Shown piece after piece: positions 10,391 to 19,233 of a stretch of 64,000 bases of DNA. This stretch comes from Candidatus Cloacimonadales bacterium (GTDB lineage: Bacteria > Cloacimonadota > Cloacimonadia > Cloacimonadales > JAFGVF01). The translations under genes were made by a program, and so were the position numbers. The notes under the pieces are model-generated. The model did not search any database. It had not been told where the DNA came from and saw only the letters and a program-made list of their open reading frames with translations. Within the stretch, counting starts at the first letter, position 1. Every line of letters starts with the position of its first letter. The stretch spans positions 320,001 to 384,000 of the forward strand of contig CAXXOU010000003.1 in the NCBI GenBank assembly GCA_963677495.2, in the 5' to 3' direction.

Positions 10391-11447
10391 ACTCCAAAGC
10401 CTAATAATAGTATTAATTGCTTTAGTCACTGTTTCATGCTCTGTAAAAGACTCTCAGATTGATATATTCTCTAACTATAAAGAGGAAAACATAAAAGTTC
10501 CTGAAGACTACTTAGAAGAGATGCAGTTTAAAGGTGCTTTACCAAAGGAAGCTTTACAGGAACTGGAAAGATTACAAAAGGTTAAGCGACCTGTTTATAA
10601 GGTTGGACCTAATGATAAGTTCAACTTTAGAGTTTATGGAGAAGATGATTTAGCAAGAGATAATATTATAGTTAAACTTGATGGTACTGTCACAATTCCA
10701 CTGGCTGGAGATGTCCATGTGGAAGGGTTAACCATGAATGATGCAATCGCTAAAATAGAGAAGCAACTTGGCATATATATTAAATTTCCAAGAGTTATGT
10801 TCGAACCTTGGGAGATGACAAGTGCTCATGTAACTGTACTTGGCAAAGTAGATTATCCGAATACTTATGAGATTACAGGAAATATGCGACTTGCTGATGT
10901 TATAGCAAAAGCCGGTGGTCCCAAACTCGGATTCTTTCAAAATAATACTACAGAATTAGCTGATCTTGAAAGAGCATATATTGTAAGAAACAACAAAGTT
11001 CTACCTGTAGATTTTCAAGAGTTGATAGATAATGGTAATATGCTTCATAATATTCCGGTATTAGATGGAGACTATATCTATCTACCATCTGCGATTAATA
11101 AAGAAGTTTATGTTATAGGTGAGGTTCTTCAGCAAGGTCACTTCGCATACAAACTAAACATGACCTTAATGCAAGCAGTTGCTTTTGCGGAAGGTTTTAC
11201 TATTAATGCTAAGAGCCAGGTTTTTGTTTTACGAGGTGGTCTACATCACCCTAGAATTTATAGAATAGATACTAGAGCTATTCTACAAGCAAAAATCATG
11301 GATTTCCCACTTAAACCTAATGATATTGTTTATGTCCCAAGAACTCCACTAGCTACATGGAACCAAGTTCTTGCGATGGTAACTCCTTCATTACAAGCTG
11401 TACAGACTACCTGGTTATTGAATGATATGATTAACGGAGATAACTAA
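10377..11447 (+). CDS. Wza-like polysaccharide export lipoprotein (Poly_export + SLBB)
   Basis: Lipobox VTVSC, YKVGPNDKFNFRVYG, DGTVTIPLAGDV, VYVIGEV and LKPNDIVYVP. Confidence 0.9.
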   Translation: MIKCKLQSLIIVLIALVTVSCSVKDSQIDIFSNYKEENIKVPEDYLEEMQFKGALPKEALQELERLQKVKRPVYKVGPNDKFNFRVYGEDDLARDNIIVKLDGTVTIPLAGDVHVEGLTMNDAIAKIEKQLGIYIKFPRVMFEPWEMTSAHVTVLGKVDYPNTYEITGNMRLADVIAKAGGPKLGFFQNNTTELADLERAYIVRNNKVLPVDFQELIDNGNMLHNIPVLDGDYIYLPSAINKEVYVIGEVLQQGHFAYKLNMTLMQAVAFAEGFTINAKSQVFVLRGGLHHPRIYRIDTRAILQAKIMDFPLKPNDIVYVPRTPLATWNQVLAMVTPSLQAVQTTWLLNDMINGDN

Positions 11448-11498
11448 CTCTCTTTGTTATTGGTATTATAATGATTAAGTCGGTAAGGGAGGAGAAAA

Positions 11499-12839
11499 TT
11501 GACTGAAGCTTTATCGGCGTATAAGTATGTTTTCTTTTTCCTAGCATTGATAATAGGAGTACCTATTGGGTATAACTATGCTTTGAGACGCCCAATGTTC
11601 GAAAAGATTGTTTTCTTTTTAGCAATTTTTTTTACAGCACGCATGGAAGATATTAATTTCTTCTCACGTGAATGGATGCGTCTTACATCAAAGGGATTTG
11701 AGATAGGAATGGTAGATTTAGCTACGATGATTCTCATTCTTCTTATCATAAAAAGATCCCACATCCATAAGTTACTCATTCCCCCAGGTACAATACTCTA
11801 TGCATTATACTTGTTTTCAAGTATTCTATCTATGCAAAATGCTTCAGATCCACTTTATTCATGGTTTGAAATCTGGAAGATGCTCAGGATGTACGTCTAT
11901 TTCTGGACAATGTACAATTATGTTAGAGATAAAGTGACTCTTAATCTTTTTCTAAGATGCGTGGCAGCCATTACACTTTACGTTTTTTATGAGGTTATTC
12001 GGCAGAAATATATTAACCATCAGTTCCAGGTCGCAGGCCCGTTTCCACATCAGAATTCATTGGTTATGTATATGATAATTTTTGGTTCAATAATCTTTGC
12101 TTATCTCTTAAATAATGATGAACATAGTAGATCAAAAACTATGATATGGATTACTATTTTTGGTATGGCGGCCATTAGTATTATCTCTACCCTTTCAAGA
12201 GCTGGTATGGTTTTATTTGCACTTTCGATTGTTATAGTTCTATTCATGTCTTTCAATGCAGGTTATTCACATAAAAAACTTTTAATTACGCTAATTCTTG
12301 CTTTGTTCAGTATGTTCATCTTACTAAGAGCGTGGGATTCTATCACAGAAAGATTTGAGACTGCTCCGGAAGCATCAGCAAACACAAGAATTGATCTTGC
12401 GATTGCAGCTCAGAAGATGGCAAATGATGAGCGCATGGGTATTGGGCTTAATAATTTTGGTGTAAAGATCAATCCCCCATATAATTATAGTTCACACATA
12501 CCAATGCACGATGAAGAGGACCCGGATGAAAAGAACGGGCTTGTAGAAACAATATATCTAATGATAGCAGCAGAATGTGGATGGCACACTCTTGTCTTCT
12601 TTTTCCTATTCATCTTCTATTTCTATTTCCTCAATTTGAGGAATTACATTCGATATCGGGGACGGCCCTATCAGTTTTTATCAATTGCATTTCTGGGTGG
12701 TTTGATAGCAATCTATCTGGAGTCAGTGTTGGAGTGGGTATTAAAGCAAACAAATAATTTTTACCAACTTATGCTCGTTTTTGCAATTATTGCGATCATG
12801 TATAGGATGGACAAAGAAACTTCGCGTAAGAGGATTTAA
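11499..12839 (+). CDS. O-antigen ligase / Wzy polymerase family membrane protein
   Basis: About 12 hydrophobic segments; GPFPHQNSL, STLSRAG, GIGLNNF and YLMIAAECG. Confidence 0.85.
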   Translation: MTEALSAYKYVFFFLALIIGVPIGYNYALRRPMFEKIVFFLAIFFTARMEDINFFSREWMRLTSKGFEIGMVDLATMILILLIIKRSHIHKLLIPPGTILYALYLFSSILSMQNASDPLYSWFEIWKMLRMYVYFWTMYNYVRDKVTLNLFLRCVAAITLYVFYEVIRQKYINHQFQVAGPFPHQNSLVMYMIIFGSIIFAYLLNNDEHSRSKTMIWITIFGMAAISIISTLSRAGMVLFALSIVIVLFMSFNAGYSHKKLLITLILALFSMFILLRAWDSITERFETAPEASANTRIDLAIAAQKMANDERMGIGLNNFGVKINPPYNYSSHIPMHDEEDPDEKNGLVETIYLMIAAECGWHTLVFFFLFIFYFYFLNLRNYIRYRGRPYQFLSIAFLGGLIAIYLESVLEWVLKQTNNFYQLMLVFAIIAIMYRMDKETSRKRI

Positions 12840-13237
12840 TGGATAAAGGAAAAGACAGGAAGATCATCGGTTCAACTGATTTTAAGCAGAACCTTTCTCA
12901 TACACAGAGAAAGGAGCTTATGGGATTGTTGAAAAGGATGCTTCCACCTGTTCCATCAAGAGGAATTATCGATATTAGATTCTCGTTTTGGTTCATTAAA
13001 AGATGGTATATTGTTTTCATTTTCGGTGAGGATATCAGAAATAGCTTCCAGGCGCTTGATAAGGGAGATGTAGATAAAGGTATTGTTGCAGTAGCGAAAG
13101 TCTTTACCTATCTATTCTCGACAGTTTTGATTCTTGTTCTAATTTTTATATTGATGTATCTTCTCAAGAGTATTGCAGGAATTGATCTGTTCCCGGATAA
13201 ACATCTTACGGATATTATTAAAGGAGTTACAGGATAA
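12839..13237 (+). CDS. Small membrane hypothetical protein
   Basis: Translationally coupled to both neighbours; C-terminal TM segment followed by YLLKSIAGIDLFP. Confidence 0.7.
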   Translation: MDKGKDRKIIGSTDFKQNLSHTQRKELMGLLKRMLPPVPSRGIIDIRFSFWFIKRWYIVFIFGEDIRNSFQALDKGDVDKGIVAVAKVFTYLFSTVLILVLIFILMYLLKSIAGIDLFPDKHLTDIIKGVTG

Positions 13238-14190
13238 TGACAATAGATAAAACGATAGTAACTGCATGCGACTCTAATTATATTTGGGGAGCACTGTTAC
13301 TAATTATGTCGATTAAGAAGTTTAATGTTAAAGTCAAAATTGTAGTGACAGTGTATGACTTTACTGAGGATCAAAAAGAGTTCTTATCTCAATTTCCTGA
13401 TGTTGAAGTTATTGACGGTATTAACCCTGGAAAACAATGCGTATGTGTCATGAAACCTCAAGCGATTTTGGCTGCAAAAACTGATTGGGTTATCTGGATG
13501 GACTCTGATTGTATTGTCACACATGATATAACTGATCTACTAGTTACTTCTCAAGATGGAATTCAAATGAGATTTCGTGAAATAGAAGAAAATGCTACGG
13601 TTTACAGAAACTATTATCAGAAAAGAGATAAGGTAGGATTTATACCAGCTGAAGTATTAGAAACATGGAGAAGTGATGTTGGGGAAAGAGAAAAATCCAG
13701 AATAAAGACTGTAGGCCAGACAAACTGCTTTGTAATTCATAAAGATAATTATCCATTCATCTATAAATGGCAAAGTCAGATGCTGAAAGTTCTACCCGGA
13801 CGTCTTGAGAATGTGTACAATAAGAAGGATAAAGCATATTCAATGACTGATGAATCCGTGTTTAATTCACTCTTTGCATTTGCAAAAGAAGTACCTGAAG
13901 TTTCTAAATATCTTTTAGATGTTGGTAATCCACCATACTTAGTACATTTTGGGTTAGCACAAAAACCATGGACAGGATGGAATTCTAAAACTCTCAAGTA
14001 TTACAACCTAGTTCAAGAACTGTTAGAATGGACTCGCATGGAAGGTTATGCACTTCCTCCAATACCCAAAACTATGCTTAAAGCTAACAAATCTTCAGAA
14101 TATTTGAAAGCATATGTAGGCAGTTTTATCGCAACAGTTAAATACAAAATTTCCACTTTTAGGTATTTTGTTCTAAGGAAGTATAAATAA
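13237..14190 (+). CDS. GT-A fold glycosyltransferase-like protein (GT8-like)
   Basis: VTACDSNY, WMDSD (DxD), DESVFN and VHFGLAQKPW. Confidence 0.7.
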   Translation: MTIDKTIVTACDSNYIWGALLLIMSIKKFNVKVKIVVTVYDFTEDQKEFLSQFPDVEVIDGINPGKQCVCVMKPQAILAAKTDWVIWMDSDCIVTHDITDLLVTSQDGIQMRFREIEENATVYRNYYQKRDKVGFIPAEVLETWRSDVGEREKSRIKTVGQTNCFVIHKDNYPFIYKWQSQMLKVLPGRLENVYNKKDKAYSMTDESVFNSLFAFAKEVPEVSKYLLDVGNPPYLVHFGLAQKPWTGWNSKTLKYYNLVQELLEWTRMEGYALPPIPKTMLKANKSSEYLKAYVGSFIATVKYKISTFRYFVLRKYK

Positions 14191-15362
14191 TGAAGATTCT
14201 TGTAATTACTAACTACTACCCACCCTTTGCTAAAGGAGGTTATGAGGTATCTTGTAAAGATACTTGCGATTACTTGATAAGAGATAATCAAGTAGTTGTG
14301 TTAAGTGGTAATTATCTTGCTGAAAATGAAGTTGACGAAAAAACTGTACCGGTTTCAGGGATGGTGTTAAGATATTTAAGATATATTGATTATACAACTA
14401 AGGATTACTTTCAAAAGAGTAAAGTTGAGAAATATAATTATAAAGTCACATCTCGTATCCTATCCCAATTCAATCCTGATATTGTATATATTTGGAATCA
14501 ACAAGCTATCTCAATTGCTCCAGCTTTGGCTGTTGAAAATTTGGGTATTCCTAAAGTCTTTGACTTTGGTGATTTCTGGTATAAAAAATACATCTCAAAG
14601 GATAAATCCAAGATGTTAAAACAGTTTGTTAAGAAACTTACTCCTTCAACTATTTCTGGTATACCGAAATGGGATAATGTTATATCAGTTTCTCAATGGA
14701 TGGGGAATCAACTGGAATCCGATTTGAAACCTGCTAGAATAAAAGTCATTCCAAGGGGCTTTTCTCCTGATAGGATAGAGGAATCTAATAAGGATAAAGA
14801 TAAACTTAAGCTGATTTTTTCAGGTAGATTAGATGAAAAGAAAGGGTTACATATCTGTCTTAAAGCTCTTGAAATTCTTATACAGAAACATCCTAGCTTA
14901 AAGTTTCATTTTGACATTTTTGGTGATGGAGATGAAAACTATGTTAGTAAGTGTCTTGATCTTGTTTTTGATTATAAATTAGATGATTACGTTACTTTTA
15001 ACGGACGTACAGATAGCATATTCAAAGAATACGCTAAATCCCATATATTACTTATGCCTACTATGGCTACTGAAACATTTGGAAGAGTCATTATTGAAGG
15101 AATGGCTCACGAGAATGTTGTTATTTCTAGTAATCAGTACGGACCAGCTGAAATAATTGAAGACGGGGTTGATGGATTTTTAATTAATCCGAATGACGCA
15201 GAAACAATGGCTGAGTATATTGATTTATTGAATAGAGATGTTGACAAAAGAAATCTACTGGCACAGAATGCTAAATTAAAGGTGCTAGAGAAATACAATC
15301 TTGAAACTATTAATAAACAGAGAGAAGACATTCTCAAGGAAGAGGTTATTAATCATGCGTAA
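14190..15362 (+). CDS. Glycosyltransferase family 4
   Basis: YYPPFAKGGYE, FSGRLDEKKG and ETFGRVIIEGM. Confidence 0.92.
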   Translation: MKILVITNYYPPFAKGGYEVSCKDTCDYLIRDNQVVVLSGNYLAENEVDEKTVPVSGMVLRYLRYIDYTTKDYFQKSKVEKYNYKVTSRILSQFNPDIVYIWNQQAISIAPALAVENLGIPKVFDFGDFWYKKYISKDKSKMLKQFVKKLTPSTISGIPKWDNVISVSQWMGNQLESDLKPARIKVIPRGFSPDRIEESNKDKDKLKLIFSGRLDEKKGLHICLKALEILIQKHPSLKFHFDIFGDGDENYVSKCLDLVFDYKLDDYVTFNGRTDSIFKEYAKSHILLMPTMATETFGRVIIEGMAHENVVISSNQYGPAEIIEDGVDGFLINPNDAETMAEYIDLLNRDVDKRNLLAQNAKLKVLEKYNLETINKQREDILKEEVINHA

Positions 15363-16191
15363 AAAGTTAACCTTACTATTTTTACTTGTTGCAATTCTAT
15401 TGCTGACTTCTTGTTCCAATACAGTTGCTCCATTTAAAAAATCCATGGATATCCATGACGGAACATTTGTTGAAGAAATTACTATCAGAACTTTACCCAC
15501 TAAGGCTATGATATATATTAATGATCGCAAAGTGGGAAAAACTCCATTTCGTACTGAGATAGAATACTCGGAAGAAACTATGCTCAATATTAGAGCTGTA
15601 CCTATTCATGCGAATCAGTGGACCCAGAATCTTTATCTTTCTGTTCCACCTATTCCCGAAATGATGACTATCTACATGAATGTTCCTCCTCAGTTTAAGG
15701 ATTACATGGAAGAAGATGACAGCGAACTTAAACCACCACCAAAGAGAGAACCGATTGTAGTTACCAAAGTTGATACATTGGAGAAAGTTATTGAGCGTAA
15801 AATAGCTTACATTGCTCCTGTTATCTACTTCAAGTTTGATCAAATGGACATTGAGCCAACTCAGGAAGTAAAACTTCAACCCTTCATTGATATGCTGAAA
15901 GCTAACTTAGACCTTAAGGTTGATATCCATGGTTACGCTGACTCTCGTGGTAACATTCCTTACAATAGACAACTCTCTCTTAACCGTGCTGAGAGTGTTA
16001 TGAACTATTTAATCAGAAATGGTATATCTAAAGCACGACTTAGAGTCTTTGCTGATGGTGAAGTAGAAACAGTAAATATAGAAGGCGTTGATCTTGTATA
16101 TCCTGTTAACCGAAGAGTAGAATTTGATCTATTCAGAGGTGAAGATATTCTTAAAACTCATACAGGTATGGAAGATGTTGATAAAGAGTAA
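15355..16191 (+). CDS. OmpA-family peptidoglycan-binding lipoprotein with N-terminal PEGA-like domain
   Basis: Signal MRKKLTLLFLLVAILLLTSC; IYINDRKVGKTP; GYADSRGNIPYNRQLSLNRAESV and NRRVEF. Start taken as ATG 15355. Confidence 0.87.
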   Translation: MRKKLTLLFLLVAILLLTSCSNTVAPFKKSMDIHDGTFVEEITIRTLPTKAMIYINDRKVGKTPFRTEIEYSEETMLNIRAVPIHANQWTQNLYLSVPPIPEMMTIYMNVPPQFKDYMEEDDSELKPPPKREPIVVTKVDTLEKVIERKIAYIAPVIYFKFDQMDIEPTQEVKLQPFIDMLKANLDLKVDIHGYADSRGNIPYNRQLSLNRAESVMNYLIRNGISKARLRVFADGEVETVNIEGVDLVYPVNRRVEFDLFRGEDILKTHTGMEDVDKE

Positions 16192-16194
16192 TTA

Positions 16195-17763
16195 ATGAAC
16201 GAATCCGGCTTACGTAAAAGATTAATAGTAAACACCCTTTCAAACTATATTAAAATGCTCATGAGGATGGTTATTACCATCTTCATGACCAGAGCCATAG
16301 TTTTAGGTCTAGATAAAGAGAGCTATGGATACTGGGCACTAATGTGGTCTGTATTCGGATACTCATTGCTTCTAGACTTTGGTTTCGGCGCTTCTATTCA
16401 GAAGTATACAAGTGAAACAATTGTAACTAAGGATTGGGACAAGTTTAATCGAGTTGTAAGTACAGTTTTCTACAACTATGCGTTGCTTGGAATTGTAATT
16501 GTTGCAACTACTTTTATTATTGGTGCTAACCTTGAGCATATTTTCAAGTTTGATGCTGCCAATCAGAGCTATTATTACTTTGTCCTAGTTGTCTTTGGTA
16601 TGGGTACTGCTATCACTTTTCCGTTCGGATTCTTTGCTGAAGTTTTGCGTGGTATGCAAGCACTGCATATCAGAAACATAATTCAAGTTCTCTCTATGAT
16701 TCTTAACTTCATTGGTATAATAATAGCAGTGAAGATGTCAATGCCCCTCTTAAAAATGGCCTTCGTTAGTATTGGGCTAAGCTTGATTACTAACCTTGCA
16801 ATGGCAACTGCCGCTTTCTTCAAACTAAAGAAGATGAGGATTTCTCCAAAGTATTACGATAAATCCATTATGAAACAAGTCATGGGATTTTCTATGTATG
16901 CATACCTCATTACTTTCACTAACTTGATTATTTTTAGAACAGATCAGATGGTTATTTCGATTTTCTCATCTGTTGCTTTAGTAGGAATCTATCAAATAGC
17001 ATCGAGAGTAGCCAGTACATTTAGAGACTTCTCTGCTCAGTTCCTAGAAAACTTGTCTCCGGTTGCTGCCTCTCTTAATGCTGCCGGACATAAGAGTAAG
17101 CTCGCTGAGATTATGCTTCAATCTAATAGATTGATGGGGATTATTTCAACATTGCTTCTAATTCCGCTTCTGGTTTTTGTTAAACCTCTTCTTAAAATCT
17201 GGTTGGAATTGGAAGAACCTATGGGTATTGTAGTTGCTACAATTCTGCTGTTATCAATGTATATCCTGCTTTTCTTTAGAAGTAGTTCAGTTTATATTTT
17301 ACTAATGCTAAATAAGCAGAAAGTACTAACTAAGATTGCTTTGATTGAATGTGTTGCAAACTTGGGCTTAAGCATTCTTTTACTGCATGTTCTCCCATCT
17401 ACTATCACAATTATGGGTTATACGATTCCTCATTTCAATATTGTTGGTGTTGCACTCGGTACTTTCATTCCAAACATAGCATTGGCTTTTGTATATAACA
17501 TTCCTGCTGCAATTAAGTTCTCAGAGCTCAAATTAGTGGAATATTTTAAGATCTCCATATTGAGGACTCTCATCATAGGGGTAATCGTTTTATCTATCGC
17601 TATTGGGCTTTATCACTTTAGCTATCCTGAGACTTTGTTAACTATATTTATCTACTCTTGTATCATTGGTGTCCTTTATCTTATTTTAACATGGTTCATT
17701 GGACTTGAAAAATGGGAGAAGAATCAACTCAAAGGTTTTGCACTGAAAAAACTTAAAAGATAG
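16195..17763 (+). CDS. Wzx-like oligosaccharide flippase
   Basis: Highly hydrophobic 522 aa; YGYWAL...LLDFGF and RTDQMVISIF...VGIYQIA. Confidence 0.87.
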   Translation: MNESGLRKRLIVNTLSNYIKMLMRMVITIFMTRAIVLGLDKESYGYWALMWSVFGYSLLLDFGFGASIQKYTSETIVTKDWDKFNRVVSTVFYNYALLGIVIVATTFIIGANLEHIFKFDAANQSYYYFVLVVFGMGTAITFPFGFFAEVLRGMQALHIRNIIQVLSMILNFIGIIIAVKMSMPLLKMAFVSIGLSLITNLAMATAAFFKLKKMRISPKYYDKSIMKQVMGFSMYAYLITFTNLIIFRTDQMVISIFSSVALVGIYQIASRVASTFRDFSAQFLENLSPVAASLNAAGHKSKLAEIMLQSNRLMGIISTLLLIPLLVFVKPLLKIWLELEEPMGIVVATILLLSMYILLFFRSSSVYILLMLNKQKVLTKIALIECVANLGLSILLLHVLPSTITIMGYTIPHFNIVGVALGTFIPNIALAFVYNIPAAIKFSELKLVEYFKISILRTLIIGVIVLSIAIGLYHFSYPETLLTIFIYSCIIGVLYLILTWFIGLEKWEKNQLKGFALKKLKR

Positions 17764-17774
17764 TAGTATAGATA

Positions 17775-18740
17775 ATGCTAAAGATTCATTACTACAAGAA
17801 TCCAGATCCGACTCAAGAACAACTATTTCAAGATAGACTTGGCTCAGGGTTTCGCTTTTCAATCGGTAAAGAACTCCCTTTCGATACAGAAGTACTTATT
17901 TTGGGGTATCCTTCAAAAGAACAGTTAGAATACTGTCACAAATTAAAATACATCCTTATCCCATTTGCAGGAGTTCCCCAAAGAACTAAGGAGTTGCTCC
18001 CTAGCTATCCACACATAAAAGTTCTGAACATTCATCATAATGCTCCTGTTGTTGCGGAAACGGTTGTAGGTTTTATCTTTGCTCTCTCGAAACACATTAT
18101 AAAAGCAAATACCCTATTTAGAGGAAACGATTGGTCTTTCCGTTATGGAGAGAACCCATCCTTTCTCCTGAAGAATAGATCATTATTACTATGTGGGTAC
18201 GGTACAATTGCCCGATATGTAGAATTATTTCTAAAACCCTTCAATATGAAAGTAGGAAAAATTAAAAGAAGGAATATAAACCCTAACAATAACGAGTATC
18301 CTTTATCAGAACTTCGTAGTATTATCGGTAACTACGACATCATTGTAAACTTATTACCCTCTACTTCAGAGACTAAAGGTTGTTTTGATTCAACTGTCTT
18401 TCAAGCAATGAAATCTACGGCTATCTATATCAACACAGGCAGAGCCGATACAGCGGTTGAGGAAGCTCTTTTTGAGGTACTAACCGAAAGGGATATCGGT
18501 GGAGCAGCTCAAGATGTATGGTACAACTATCCCAAAACTGCAGAAGAAAGGACTAATTGTCCTCCTACCAACCTACCTTTCAACACTCTAGATAACTTCA
18601 TTATGAGCCCCCACCGAGCCGGTGGACTCGGTATGCCTGAGAATGAACAGTATAGAGTTGATGAGATAATTAAGGCTATAGAAAGAATAAGTAGCGGAAA
18701 TTGTACTCTCAATGAAATTAACCTTACCGCAGGATATTAA
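17775..18740 (+). CDS. D-isomer-specific 2-hydroxyacid dehydrogenase family protein
   Basis: GYGTIA, INTGRA, AQDVWY and IMSPHRAG. Confidence 0.88.
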   Translation: MLKIHYYKNPDPTQEQLFQDRLGSGFRFSIGKELPFDTEVLILGYPSKEQLEYCHKLKYILIPFAGVPQRTKELLPSYPHIKVLNIHHNAPVVAETVVGFIFALSKHIIKANTLFRGNDWSFRYGENPSFLLKNRSLLLCGYGTIARYVELFLKPFNMKVGKIKRRNINPNNNEYPLSELRSIIGNYDIIVNLLPSTSETKGCFDSTVFQAMKSTAIYINTGRADTAVEEALFEVLTERDIGGAAQDVWYNYPKTAEERTNCPPTNLPFNTLDNFIMSPHRAGGLGMPENEQYRVDEIIKAIERISSGNCTLNEINLTAGY

Positions 18741-18803
18741 CGAAGTAAATAGTTTCAAGTTAAACTACGGAGAGAAGTACAATCAAACTGATAATCTTAC
18801 TAG

Positions 18804-18945
18804 CACCCCTTCAGGTCTATGTATTGACAGGTTCCTTAAACACCACGCTCACGCATAGGATTAAAAACGAAAGCTACTTCAATGCAGATAGCCTTTGTCA
18901 TGAAATGGAATAAGTTCAATAACCACATTCTTTGGCATGTGGTGA
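18804..18945. repeat. Degenerate REP-like palindromic pair (copy of 25842-26018)
   Basis: CCACGCTCACGCAT, CATGAAATGG and AATAACCACATTCTTTGGCATGTGGT align collinearly with 25880-25983. Confidence 0.75.
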
Positions 18946-18955
18946 ATAAATTAAC

Positions 18956-18978
18956 AAAAACCCGGATTCATTCCGGGC
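18956..18978 (-). terminator. Rho-independent terminator
   Basis: Minus strand GCCCGGAATGAATCCGGG followed by TTTTTG, downstream of 18998..19231. Confidence 0.65.
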
Positions 18979-18997
18979 ATAGTTCAATTATTTTTTT

Positions 18998-19231
18998 TTA
19001 ATCCATAGCTAAGTATTTCAAAAATTCATACTTAACCGGTCCCATTTTTGACAACTCACATGGGAACTCTTTGCAATCAAAGCAAGTTCTAACTCCCTTT
19101 TCTACTGCACAATGCTTAATCTTGCACGGTCCTGTTAGTTTAGGAGTGCATCCCTCTTCTCCATTTGGGCAGATGCCTTTCTGCATCTTTGGACATTTCT
19201 CGCATGCAATACCACATACACTTACTCTCAC
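18998..19231 (-). CDS. Small Cys-rich protein (DUF3795-like)
   Basis: CGIACEKC...C...CKIKHC...CFDCKEFPC; GGAGG RBS before the GTG start. Confidence 0.8.
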   Translation of the reverse strand: MRVSVCGIACEKCPKMQKGICPNGEEGCTPKLTGPCKIKHCAVEKGVRTCFDCKEFPCELSKMGPVKYEFLKYLAMD

Positions 19232-19233
19232 AA

